Shown here piece after piece: positions 1 through 13,521 of a DNA stretch of 64,000 nucleotides. Each line of letters begins with the position of its first letter. The stretch's first letter is position 1. Source of the stretch: Epiperipatus broadwayi (lineage: Eukaryota; Animalia; Onychophora); assembly GCA_028023455.1 (NCBI GenBank), contig JAQFVV010000005.1:10292001-10356000 (forward strand). The letters are read 5' to 3'. A program made the position numbers and the translations under genes. A model generated the notes under the pieces. That model saw only the letters and a program-made list of their open reading frames with translations. It made no database searches and was not told the DNA's origin.

Positions 1-117
1 CTAAGGTCAATCTGACCCCTCATTTACAGGATATAATCCATTTAATACATGTACAAGGGATGGGAAGACATCTCTATTATATAATAACTGAAATACAGGC
101 TTATTATATACCTATAT

Positions 118-214
118 CAATATATGTATATTGATTATTTATCTTTTCGACATATGTGTTCAAGGGGATCAGTGATATAAGATAGAGTGGTGGATCATAT
201 GAAAGTCTGTGCTC
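118..214 (+). mobile_element. Family A fragment (3' part of hammerhead repeat), 5'-truncated at the ribozyme stem III/cleavage site
   Basis: Similar to 10042-10143 (tgtatattg..attatttatcttttcgacatat..gtggtgg..gaa.gtctgtgct). Flanked by 12-bp direct repeat atatacctatat at 106-117 and 215-226. Confidence 0.8.
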
Positions 215-2771
215 ATATACCTATATATTAAACATTGATTGTAAAAGATATGAAATAAGGGTTAGGAAATTAGTAGAAATTTTAATTTAATGATAATAAG
301 AAATGTTTCATTATTTTCATAGCATTACCTTTCTATTATCAAAATTTAGTCCGTTTTAATGTAGTAATAAAGAGATATTTATCTTGCATGGATATTCATA
401 CACCCTCACAACTATTTTTATTGTTGTGAATAGGATTTCTAAACAAATAAATTACCACCAATTTACTTGAAATGATTTTAAAATATTATTCCTTTCTTAT
501 CTGGTTCCAGGTTATGACCTGGTGGTGCCTGTAGTAGTCATATTGCTATCATACATGTCAACTTGTACCTCAACAATCTATATATTGTTTTATCGCATCG
601 TACAATTTATAAATAATGTTACTTGTCACATACAATCATAAGAATACTTGGTTAAAATGTTAATAACAAATGCTTATTACTCATTTATTTTAACATAAAG
701 TTAGATCAATAGCATCATATTATGCAATGATCATTAAAATATCAAGATCCTTCATAATCTGTGAGAAACATATAAATTAGTAGCTTTGTAGATGACATCT
801 TCATCAGTAAACTTACATTTCCTGTAGATATTAGTAAGCTGGATACTCAATAAGGATTGATTGTATAGATCAGAATTTTACAGCCAGAAGCAAAGATAGG
901 AAATTCTAAATTGTAAATCTAGTAGCACTCTTTAGTGATTGATGTACTCTGTACATACAAATTTCCAGCTGCACGTTAGATTATTTCAGCTTTCTTTTAT
1001 TTAAATAATTTTTATCATTCTTCAGAACATGTTGCCCTGATTTTAAATAATAGTTGACAGTTAATCATAAATTTCTACTAAATATTCTTAAAGTGCATAA
1101 ATTTTTATTCAACATGATATAAATTTTATAGATAAAATATTCAGCAATTTTATATAAATATACGCACATAGCAACTTTAGCATCCAAAGAAAAATTAGAC
1201 CAAGTTCTTTTTTAAAATGTTTTTTTTCTTATAATCATATTGCTGCAATTTGCTAGCAAGTAAGAGCACAGGTTTTTTTAATTGTTGGTTATAATTAATA
1301 ATTGAAGAACTTCTGTATAATTTTGATTGAAATTCAAATGAATATTTTTTCTTTTTTTTTGGCAATGTGATTTGCTTTTTCAATATTGTATTTATATAGT
1401 TTACTGTTCAGCTAATGTTTTCTTATATATATTGTGGCCATCTGAATGGGCACAAGGGTTTAAGATACCTTGTATCTTAAATAAATGGTTATATTTTATT
1501 AAAAAAAAAATGAAATAGCCTTAGAATTTTAATTTTTTTTTGTTGGAGATTATTTAAAGCTTAAATATGGGTTGCTTATGCAGTTTATTGACCATTTGAT
1601 AAGTATTTATTAGTATTATTGTGGTTAATGAGGTATTTAATGTAAGGAAGGGGGGGGTGTTTATTAATGGAATTGATACATCTTGTCAGAAAGATGCAAA
1701 GTTATCCTGTGTTAGTATAATATTTAGTTGAATGGTTTTAAAATCCTTTATTCATTGATACTTATCTTTTGTCAACAGTTAATAGCAGTTTCAATTATAT
1801 TTAATTAAGAGTTTAATATTTAGGTTGTAGTGCATGTGTATGCATGATGACTCTGCATTATGTTTCATTTCATTTTCATCTTTAATAACAACAAAATAGT
1901 ACATTCACAATAAAAACATTTAAACTACAGTAGTTATGCTAAATAAATAACAAATATATATTTCTTTCCAATAATAAAAGATAGTTAAATCAATGGATTA
2001 TTTCATAAATTGAATAAATTAATCATTTTATTTGATAGTTAATTAATATTCATTTTTCTTTCAGGTTTGTAAAAGCTATTTATTTTATTATTATTATTTT
2101 TGTCATTTAGTTCTGAAAATCAAAATGATTTTTTTTTTTGAAAAGATTTGTTTTTGCATATGTAATTAGTTAATTAGCAAGATGTGTGGGAGTAACAAAA
2201 AAAAAGGCAAATGAACTTTGCTAAAGAGGGAGCTTTTGACAAAGATCTCCAGTGTGGAAAATTAGCTTTTTTTTTGCAAGGTAATTGGAGCCAAAAAAAA
2301 ACAGTGGCTTATATTTTTCGTAAAACTAAAGCCAGTTGCTGAAGTCAAATTTTAAGAAATATATTATGGAAGGAGTTAATTTCAAAATGCAGCCCTAAAT
2401 TTTAAAGAGGTACTCAGTTCACTTTATTTTCCTTAATTTAAACATTTTAAACTAATCTCTTCATAACTATTGCTCTTTTAAAAATGTATGTTAATAACGT
2501 CCAGTCTACATTATTCCATTTAATTGCCATTTTAAACAAGAATGGATTACATAAATATTATTGTTGTATCATTAAGCAATGTGTTTTTCTTTTTGATATA
2601 TGGAAAACATATGCAGAACTATTCAACGAGATATATTTTGGTTTCTCACTATTTTTGTGTAGTGGTCTTTGTGAAGATTATACATAGACTTAAGGATATG
2701 TCTATTTTGATAGATCATACTATGTTTAAGTTCATCGCAAGGAGATAACAGTATGCATTTATTTGATATTT

Positions 2772-3189
2772 AAACCATCAAACATTACATGATCACCATC
2801 TCTATACTAGCACATAATTTGTTGTAAACAAAGGCAAAACTCCCCATACAGTAGTGCCACCATGTGCCAAACAGAGTAATCAATGGATGCCAGAAGGCTT
2901 GTGCATAAAATCCCTATCTAGTGCCTACTCATCCAAGACTAGTTTCTCATAGTTTTGTAGTAAAGTAGAGTTAAAAGGTGGCTGCTGGAGGGTTGCATTA
3001 GATCCTAAGATCTAGATGCAGTGCTCTCAGATCCAAGACTCATCACTGATGATGGCCACAAGCCAGAAACTAGTCTGGGGATATTGGATGAGTAGGCACT
3101 AGATAGGGATTTTATGCTCAAGCCATCTGGCATCCATTGATTACTGTTTGGCACATGGTGGCACTATTGTATGGGGGTTTTTGCCTTTG
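2772..3189 (+). mobile_element. Family B hammerhead-bearing non-autonomous element with inverted 5' segment
   Basis: 2826-2948 is the reverse complement of 3065-3193. Homologous to 47870-48070 and 48300-48510. 14-bp TSD tttatttgatattt at 2758-2771 and 3190-3203. Confidence 0.85.
3021..3099 (+). ncRNA. Type I hammerhead ribozyme motif (family B)
   Basis: CTGATGA (3046-3052), stem II tggc/gcca with loop cacaa, GAAAC-TA-GTC with predicted cleavage after C3075. Stem I tcatca/tgggga extends via tccaa/ttgga, ctca/tgag and gtgc/gcac. Confidence 0.8.
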
Positions 3190-3797
3190 TTTATTTGATA
3201 TTTCTGGAACTGGAACTAATGCGTATTTTTAAATTACGAAATAGAATGTAAGCTACTTCTGATTAAATTGAATAGACGGACAGAAATGCTGGTAATTTTT
3301 GTTCTCTTCAATAAGGACGGAATATAAAATAAAGCATTATTAATTATGGAATTACTAAGGGCAATTTAAAGTGTTAAATGCTATTCAGAAAAAATACCAA
3401 AGATAAATGCGTATTTAATCCAAAACTGCACGGAGAATTTGTTATATTTTCAGTATAATAAAGGAGAAATTAACTGCTTGCGTATGATTCAGTACCTCAA
3501 ATGGATATGCTATGAACACTGAAAGGTGCTGGTCATATTTAAGTTATGCTTATATTTTTTTTTTTAAGTTATACTGCAGAAGTGCATTTTAGTTTAAAAT
3601 TCGGTTTGGAATGAGTCCCATATTATTTCGTAAACCCGGAGCAGAGCTTTGCAAATGAACTTTATTTTAAGTTACAAAACTAATAACTTTGTGTCTTTTA
3701 TTTTTTTTTATTGCTTGTCATAATTAATATCTATGATAGATAGATAAGTTTTATTTAGTATTATGTTCATTTATAATGTGTTATTTTGATTTTCAAG

Positions 3798-3834
3798 ACC
3801 GTCTCCGGAGCGCACTCAAAGGAGGAGTATGCAG
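3798..3834 (+). other. Candidate 37-bp internal exon of an unidentified plus-strand transcript
   Basis: Pyrimidine tract plus ttttcaag acceptor and cag|gtaaaa donor; GC/CpG-rich relative to flanks. No partner exons identified. Confidence 0.3.
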
Positions 3835-6800
3835 GTAAAAATTGATTTTGTTCAAATAGGTCTTATTGTTTCCTTACGAGGATGAAAGAAATATTTTTTT
3901 TAATATATTATTAGAGATGTTTACATTTATTTTGCATACTTATTATCTCAAAGTGAGAATTTTTTTTTTTGAATCAACGAACTTATAATAGAAATAGTTT
4001 GTTAAGATATAAAAGACAGTTCGTTCGTAATAATTAGAATCATTAAATTTTAAAAAGTAACCTAAAGTTTATTAAATTAAGTTATACCTTAATGCAATAT
4101 TTAATTATCATGTTACCTGTTTAGTGTGTAATTTAGAGTTAATATTATATATACATTTTATTCGCGGGTGTGTGTTTGTTTTGCACATTTATATTTGTTT
4201 GATAAAATTCACTTTGTGAATATTTTATGCATAAATTTCATACAGTCGTATTTTACTGAGTTGAATGGATTGTATATTATCTATGTATTTATCTGCCAGC
4301 ATGTATTTATAATGTTCAATATTTTTAGAAGCTATGAGAATAGAAAGAAATCTGATTGCGTATAATGTCTGTAGGGATAAAAGATTTGCTTGTTTAGTCT
4401 ATGTTAATAATTTTCCATGAGTAGAGCCTAGTTTATTTTATATGCGTATGAATAATGATATTTATTGAAGTGATGTTCTTAGGGCTCTGGTGACAAGGAA
4501 TTAAAATCCCCACCAATAATGTATTTAGAAGTAGAGGAGTTATTGTTGAAATATGACTAAATGATATTTAGGAACTTATGAGACGTTTTTCTTGGACTCT
4601 TGGTAATGAATTATTGTAGAAGTGTTCGGTAAGAGTTATCTGCTCCTCATGTAGATTCCCTTTATAATGTATAGTATGTAAAATCATGAAAATATAGCTT
4701 TGTGTTAATTAAAATGTGGCTAGATAAATTGTTAGATTAATTCTGGATGTAATATTAGTGTCAAATTTTATTGATGAATTACATTGTTCGAAATAAAACA
4801 ATTATATTTTATTTTCTTAATGAATGGAGAGTTTATAGAAAAGATTGTTTTATATTATTGCTACTTGAACGTGCACACACACGCGTAATATAAATAATAT
4901 CGCGTATATAAAGTATAGAATTATTGAAATTAAAATGAAAAATAAATGCTTTTGAAATATACTACATTCATTTAATAGAAGTATAAAGTATTAAGATTAA
5001 AACAGGAAATAAATATTTTAAAATACAGTGTATTTATTTAAATAAAAGTTATCAATCATCAAATCATCAGAATAAACATGATTTTGTTGCTATGAATGAA
5101 AGTTATACGTAATTGAAAGTGATTATTAGTCAATTATAGAAAGTTGCTTTGCTGAAAGCCAAATATAAATGATTTGATTTATTTTGTTAATCAACAGTAA
5201 TATCCTCTCGAAAATATCTATATATTTTTTTTGTGCTAATGATATAATATGTCATTTATGTATTGTCATATAGATGAAACATGTAAGCAAAGTATGTGTT
5301 CAAAGTCGGGATATTTAAGTTTTATTATTAATTTGTTTAGATGGTAGGGATAATCCCAAACTGATGATAAAAATTTATTTAATAATTTAAAAAACAAAGA
5401 ACCCATTTGAAAATATTATGTTAAACCAAATTTATTTTGTTTATTGTAATAAATGATTTGTTTTAGTTATTTAAAATCTGTGTCTTGAGTTATTCTTGTG
5501 TACATTCATATTTTCCATTTCCACATCTCATAAATCTATTATAAAACAGATATATTATTTTAGAGTTATAATATTAAATTTGCTAGTGTCTGACAATATT
5601 GTATTTCTTAATCCAAACATTATAAAAGAACATTTGCCACTTGATAAACGTATTAGAAAGGTTGCCAAGTCAGTATATTTGTGAGATGATATGAGATTAA
5701 AATACCCTATCTCTGTCATTATCTTATTATTGAAACACAGTAAAATATTTTAGTCAATTAGTTTCATTATATTTTTCTCATACTTTAGAATTATAACTTA
5801 TGGGCAATGTAGTTTATTAATTCAACTGTGTTTGTTAAATTCCCTGAGATATTATTTATTTCTTGATTGGCAAAAAAGTAGATGTTTAGATTATGATATG
5901 CCAAGTAATAGAATTGTTTAAGAATATAATCACAGCAAGCTGATATATGTTATACTTGGATGAAAGAAGAAATTAGATTTAAAGTATATTTTAATAGACT
6001 GTATCAAATAAACATTATGATTCTTTATCATACAATTAATTAACAAAGGAATTTACATTATGTTAAATGTTTTATAATATTTCTTCTTTTATTCATTTAT
6101 TATCATATATCTTATGAACTGCCTATAGCCTCCCACTGAGCTGAGCTGAACATAGATTTAATTGAAGAGTCTCAGTAATAATTTATATTATATCTTTTGT
6201 TATATTATTCTATTCATTAATAGAACTGGCGCCTGGACATTTTGTTCATGTAATATATATGAGCAGTGCTGGGAGTGTAAGCTATAATATATATATATAT
6301 TTTCCAGGTAATGGATGATCCATGAGCATCAAGGCAGATAAAACCTTTGATGAAGTTTCTGAATGTGCATCAAATATATTAATCACCCAACAAATAACAG
6401 AGTAGAATGATTAACCAATCAACTGCAGACTATTCAATAATAAAGAATGATTGTGCAGCCAAAATTACATTGGGATACAAATACACTTAATGAATAACTC
6501 ATGCCTTACCTAGAAAGCCTCAATTATTCAGGCTGGTAACAAAAAAAGTTAAGTAACTATTAAAGCTTAAATTATATTTCTAATTATAAATTTTGAATCT
6601 TTATTCATAATAAAGAATCTGATCCTGAATCCCTACCCCTTCTACTCATTTAGGCATTTATGTTAATGTGATTTAAATATAAGTTAAGTAAAAGAAATTC
6701 CCTATTACTGTGAACATTTAATATAATGTTAATAATTAACTATTGTATAAAATAATTATTTTGCATAAATTTTATAAAGCAGTTTTTTTTCTTTTCCTCC

Positions 6801-7199
6801 TTGGCTAGGATAGATACTGGGACATGAAGTACAAACCTGAACTTAGCAACTATTACAAATGTGTACAGTTCTGGTTCTGCCAAATATAAAATTTTCTATG
6901 CACAAACAGCAACTGCCTCATTCAAGAGAATAACTATATGAATTAAGTTGTTGAACCAATCAATAATTACTTTTGTTCCAAACCACGTTATTTTGAACAG
7001 ATAAGTAAATGTAAAACCTAATGGTGAAAATGAATCTGTAGTAACTTAATGTTAAGGCATTCGATAAAATGTTGGGTTAGATTCATTTCTAACAAGAGGA
7101 ACTTAAAGGGAAATTATTGATGAGACCAGTGACCACAGCTGATACAGCAATTTCTCAAACTAGTTTTAATATAAAAACTATAGAATCAGATAATGTACA

Positions 7200-8650
7200 A
7201 ACAAATAACAATTGGATAGAGTAACAATTTATTGTGATCAAATTCTTGCATGACTAGAGTGTACACATGTACATACTGTTTTTGAAGTATTGCAGTGAAA
7301 AAGAACATATTGAAATAACACTTAGTAAGAAGTGAAATTAAATCTAGGACTTCAAGATGAAAAGTGAAAATTTGTGACATAGTTTAAGTTGCATAACCTG
7401 TGAAATGTGACCTTCAAACCAAAGATTATTATAAATAAAATGTTGATTATGATGAAGATTAACACAGGTCTCAGCTGTTTCAATCATTTCAAGAAACAAT
7501 AGTAAAAAGATATGTAATGGATAAAATTCTAATCTGGATCCCAGTCTAAAGTTAATACAAGACTATCAAAGCAATAGGGTTACACTAATTACAGAGGATT
7601 TATTGACTAGCACTAATAAGAAATAAAGGGCACAAATGTCTGTTGATTTCTAACAAGACACTAATTTGATGAGTCAGATTGATTTCTAATTTTTTCTTAA
7701 ACTAGTTTTTTATAAATCAGACTGTAAATGTAGAAAATTTTAGGAATCTTTGAAAATCTGCCAAAATCTCAAATGCCTGTCATTTGCAATAAAAATGAGG
7801 TCCCTGAAGATTTCAGACAGCCAGAGATACTGAACCTATTGATTATTCCAATTGTACTTGTAATTAAGGTAATGAAGAGTTTTGATTGTATGGTTATCAT
7901 TGCAAGTCACAGAATAATATTTGATAACTACCAATTTTTATCATTCAACAAATGTTTCCATATAAACTGGTCAAAGAATTTTCAGGAAAACAGTTCTGAA
8001 GTACATTTGCTATCATTTTCAAGTAAATAATGAAGCTTAAAGAACCTTGACTTTTATTAATCATAAAGAGCTTTTAAAAAAGAGTGCTCTGGCTTTTCAG
8101 TAGTCCTAGAACTTTTCACAATTAATTGATTGATAACTTGACAATAGAATACAGGGGATTCTTCCAACCTTGATTTCTTCTAATGATGAAGTTATCTAGA
8201 CAGCTACTCATTTCAGTCAAAAAGCTCATAGAAAAAATTCAAAATAGCAGGGATAACTATTAATATAGATAAAAGTTTATTTGTAATGATAAAGTTCAAA
8301 TTTCTTTTTTGAAATTAATTCATGGGGGATTTAGCCTACTAAAGTAAAAATAAAATTATGTTAATCCTTAGACTCAAATAATTATTATGGAAAGTGTATA
8401 CATCATAGAATTGAAGTATTAGGCTGTTGAATAAAAAGTTAGGATGGCTGTGGGGAATATCTTAAGAGAAAGCATTCTATGAGCATAAAATAGGTATAAC
8501 TAAGAGTCTCATTAATTATGATCCATAGAGGTAACTGGTTTTTTCTTGTGATGTTTATCCAATGAGAGTTGGGATAGTCTTTGATCACATGAATTGCATT
8601 TGTAACATTTGCATAAAATACATTCATCTTGATATAGAGACTCTAGTCCT
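7200..8650 (-). mobile_element. Highly decayed Penelope-like ORF (RT palm to GIY-YIG region)
   Basis: Minus-strand VFYANV..AIHVIKDY...WINITRKNQLP...TLSYTYF...PQPS resembles the PLE RT pattern SLxTNxP..AI....W..I...T.IP...TYF...GSPxSP. Weaker GIY-YIG-like remnants (NKSSVI, GH, KNSM) lie downstream. Many stops and frameshifts. Confidence 0.4.
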
Positions 8651-9616
8651 AGTGATTGAAGTAAATAAATATTTTTATGCAAGAATATTCATTTTAGAAA
8701 TGAACTATAAGCTTTATAGCTAAATATTTTGGCAGTTTAGGTCTTTTCCAGTATACACAATGTTACAATGGTTTAACTTTCTATTTGCAAACATCTATAA
8801 AACATAGGCAAGGAAAAATTCCATGAGTAGCTGTCCTTAACAGTCCAAGCAATTTTCTTTAAGCTCTTTAATTAATTAATTAAAACTAAATTTGCCAAAT
8901 GTGTTGATATTTTGGAGTATACTCAATAGTGATGCCACAAGTAAATATAGCACAATCAATTTTAAATTATATCTAATTAGACAAAAGATAAAAAAATGTC
9001 TCATTTTCAACAATCTCTGCATTATTAAATTAAATTTACATGTAAGTACAGATGACTAAAATTCCATGAAATAATTGAACAAATCCACTACATTATGTTT
9101 AACACACCAGAAAATAGTGAGCCAAAACTAAAAATACTTTATTTTTTAAGCTTTTTTTTATATATAACTAAATTTGCCCAACATATTGAAACTTCACAGT
9201 GAAATTAATATCGATATAAATATAGCACAACCAATTAGGAAATTGTCTAATTAGATAAAGAATAAAGACATTATATCATTTAACAACCATTTTTATTCTT
9301 TAGTTTGTTAAATGTATGTGTAATGAATTTAATTATTTCATGGTTAAATGTTTGTTCTATTTATATATAAATTTAATTGACATACAAAGTTATTATACAT
9401 TTTACATTAGATTTATTCATTTGTCATCTGTATATATTGAATTTTTTTATGAAGCAATAAAAATAAAACTGGAATTTATTAACCACTTTTAAAATTAATG
9501 TATAAAAAATTTGAATGTTACAGGTATAAAAGTTTGCATCAAAAATATAAAGGAAAAATTATAAGTAATAAGTTCTTCATTAATTATATTTTACATAATA
9601 TAAAAAATAAAAATAA

Positions 9617-10435
9617 GAGGGGTGAAAAAAGCAGAATTCAAAATATTTTTTTTTGCCTTTTTATCAGCAATGTCAAAGGAACTAAATAAAATTAGTCAGA
9701 CTTTAAAAAACTAATTAGCATTTACTACAGAAAATAATACTTTTACAGATATATCAATCATAAATAAAAATGTCTACTTATAATCCATTATATTAAAAAC
9801 AATTCCTGTCATTACATAAAATCAATTTTCATTTTTATTAACTCATTAATTAACGCTCAAAGCCTTCCATCATCAGATTTTCAATTGGATGGACGGTTGA
9901 AAAGTTGGAGTGTGGAATGGATTGAAGCCTGTCCATTAAAGTATGAGGTTTGGTTATCTTAATATATATCTGAGCACTTATGGCACAGATGTGTGGAGAT
10001 GGTAATCTGGACTAACTGATGATTGCTGGTTTAGCATGAAATACGTATATTGGTGATTATTTATCTTTTCGACATATATGTGTTTGAGTGTATCAGCGTT
10101 ATGAGATAGAGTACAGAGTGGTGGGTCGTGTGAAGGTCTGTGCTACAGTAATGTAAAAACTCTGGAATTACAGCAAGTTAAAAACCGTGTACGACTTTAT
10201 TTGAAGCAATCAATCCACAGGGGGTGAAAAGAGCAAACAGGATTCAAAATATTTTTTTTGCCTTTTTATCAGCAATGTCAAACTTACTATAAATAAAATT
10301 AGTCAGACTTTAAAAAAATGATTAGCATTTACTACAGAAAATAATACTTTTACAATACTACTTATAGTCCATTATATTAAAAACAATTCCTGTCATTACA
10401 TAAAATCAATTTTCATTTTTATTAACTCATTAACT
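9617..10435. repeat. ~220-230 bp direct repeats (9617-9850, 10220-10435) bracketing a family A copy
   Basis: ggggtgaaaa..attcaaaatatttttttgcctttttatcagcaatgtcaaa ... ttttattaactcattaa occurs twice. Confidence 0.85.
9858..10146 (+). mobile_element. Family A hammerhead-bearing repeat copy
   Basis: Homologous to 15371-15673. CTGATGA at 10016-10022, stem II tgct/agca, GAAA-TA-CG-TA-TA with predicted cleavage after 10049, stem I actaa/ttggt. Confidence 0.8.
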
Positions 10436-13400
10436 TTCGAATTGTCTAGGGTTTTAAACTAAAAAACTGTCTTTTCAATATATTTTTATTAAATACGTAT
10501 TACACAAATAAAAGTGATCTTTGTAATATTTACAAATATTATTCACTAATTAACTGTTTGCCACTAGAGGTTTGTAAATATATTTGCATTATTTAGATAT
10601 TTAGTTATTTCATATTTCTGCATTTGTTTAAACATATATTTTGTATATTTTTATTTCAAATATCTTCAAAATAAAATACTAATTTCTTCATATATATATT
10701 ATGGTCTGTCCAATAAGTAAATGCATATATGTAGTGTGCATGATTTGCAATTCCTCATGGAACTGTAAATATATATGCATATTAATACTCATATAGTTTA
10801 TTGGGTATCACCAAAATGTAAGCAGACTTGGAATAATGTTAGGAGGGTAAAGTATCCAAGTTTCCCTCTACATATATGTAATTACTATGGTAAAATATGA
10901 ATTTCATGAAATACCACACTTTTCCTTTGATATCAGTTCTCCTCCCATAAAATGATTCTTCACATTACACTACTTACTCCACTTATTTCTAAACTAATCA
11001 ATCCCAATGAAGTTTCATTATGCTACTAAGTCTATAGTGGCATGCAGACCTAAATATTTATAACAAATTTTATATAATTTATTTACTTAGAATACAAATT
11101 TATTTGATTTCACCAGACTTCCAAGTCCAATATTCAGGAAAATGCTTCAGATACAGAACACAATGTTATAAACATGAATGTACTAATTACTTTAAGGTTA
11201 TTAAGTAAGATAATAAATTAAGTGACCTTCTTATATGCTATTCTTTCATAGTCAATATTAATGAATTTAATTATTACATTTAGAATGTTTACAAAAACTT
11301 TCAGTTATGACTAAAGATGCATTATTGATATAACAAGATTATTCAAAATATCACTGAAGATTTGAAATTTAATGTTTTCAAATTAGATAGTCGCATGTTT
11401 GCAGGTAAGTTTCACATAGATATACAAATTAAATTTTGTATAATAAGTAGTTTAAATTTGTTCACCCTCATACACATATCATGTTCAGCACCTTTAATAC
11501 AATACACATCATGCAGGAACTGGAATCAACAGAATGGATTAAATGACAATTTAATAATTAATCATGGATAAACAGTACATGCAATGATTAAGACTGTCAA
11601 ACATATCCATACTATTTCAATAACAAATGAGATTAATAGATAAGAAACATAGATACATCTATCATTAAATTTATCAAAATTCACTTTTAAACTTTAAGAA
11701 TCCATTTTAAAAAGTTTCACAAGATACCCATTGAAATTCTAGACTGTTTTGGTAAAAAAACAATTAATAGACTTAAAGAATACACCTATTTGTTTACCAT
11801 CAAAAGGAGACTCTACTATTAAAAGAATTAAATCTCCAAAATTGGCAGAATGTAGGTTGACTGTTTTTAATTATGTTAGTATACTTTATCAAAGTGGTAA
11901 ACTATACTTTATTTTCTGAATCATTAAATCAGATTTAAAAACAAATTGTATTACAATGGTAAAAAGGATATCATTTCTGAATAAGAAATTTTGAGTGAAA
12001 ACATTACAAAAAATATTTTGGCTGATAAAATGTTCATTTCAATAAAAAATATACCAGTGTACTAATATTTCAACTGAAACGGCAGTGATTTTGCAAGATA
12101 GAATTGAAAAACTTAAATGTTTATTGTTTGATAAAAAATAGCTTTTTCTTATATATCAGCTTTTATTTATTTAAATAAATTAATATCTTTTCAACTTAAG
12201 GACTGCTAAAGTTTGAAAAAAAAAAAACTTTCAAACCACAAAAACATATTTGTTTAATAATTTAGTATTGGCAGGTACTTTCCACAATAGTAACAGATAA
12301 AGCATAGTGCTATAAAATCTAGTTGGAAGCAAGAACCATTAAACTTGATTTTTCCATAGTTGGCTACATCAGAAAAATTTAGAAACTAGTATCATGTATG
12401 ACCCATGGTACTGATATCCAACCAATGATGTTTGAAAGTTTATGTTTTATTTACAGAAATGGCATAATTGTTTTTTTTTTCACACATATCCCTTTCTTTA
12501 TAAAGATAATTGTTATTGTTTTGTCTCTTTTTATAAACCTTTTTATAATTTTTCATATATCGAACAGTTGCTATTACAGATGTTAATCTTCAACTAGTAT
12601 GAAAAAAATAAGCATCTTTAATAGTTCACATGGCACAAATTTTTTACAACAGTATTTAGATAGTGCAGAGGGCCATAACTATTCAGGCTTGTCAATTGTC
12701 AGGTGACCAAGACATGATATCAACTTATTAATAAATATTGGATAGTTATACTGGTTGGCAATTTGAAAACAAAAAACCTAAGATTAACTAAAATCTGACA
12801 AAAAATTTAAATTTTACCCAGTCTGGGCTTAACAGGTTAATGTGCTGCCATATTACTTGCTATATAGTTTATAAAAATTGTAATTTATATAGCAGCATAT
12901 ATTAGTGGGTCGGTCATTCAGAAAAGTGTTTTTCAGTAAAATAAACTCCAATTTTTATATAGTTTTCAAACAAGCAGTTCAATGTGTGTGATGTGCATTC
13001 TAGAACATTGTATTTATTTCAAAAAATAATTACTTATTAATTTTTGTAAATTTAGCAAATAAGTTTTAGATTTTATTACACACCATTCAGTACTTTATCA
13101 TAAATGTAATAATGTCCAATATTCAATTTTGCAAAGCATCATTTCTGTCTGAAAGATTAACATTGCTATCATGATAAACATTTTTCACTGTAGTTATTAT
13201 ATTCAAATATTTTCTAAGTGTATGTTGGCAGGTGTATTATTTTACCACCAATTTTGATATATTTATGGACTGTTGAATTGAAATTCACATTCATGCAAAC
13301 ACACAAAAAAAAATCACAAGCCATAAAAATAGAAATTTTATTAAACTTTTGAGTTATTACAAAATAAACAAAGGACATTTATATATGATTTTTAATAACA

Positions 13401-13521
13401 TTTGCACATAAATATGAAAATAGAAATACAATAAGTCTAAATATCAAATTTAATACTTCAATTTAAATGCATTAAATAAACATTCAGAAATATCCACTTT
13501 TTTATAATAACAAAGTAAATT

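Noticed and set aside
780-830. Minus-strand CTGATGA followed by an agat/atct stem
   Set aside because: GAAA replaced by CAAA and no stem I pairing; not supportable as a hammerhead.
1195-6000. Numerous 60-90 aa ORFs here and throughout the ORF track
   Set aside because: Compositionally typical of random AT-rich DNA; no recognisable domains.
6123-6285. Imperfect terminal inverted repeats; also a mariner-like ggtctgtccaataagt at ~10704
   Set aside because: Short, imperfect, no matching partner end or clear TSD.
8880-9300. Old local tandem duplications (also 31540-31980 and 45665-45720)
   Set aside because: Real but ordinary slippage/duplication with no functional signal.
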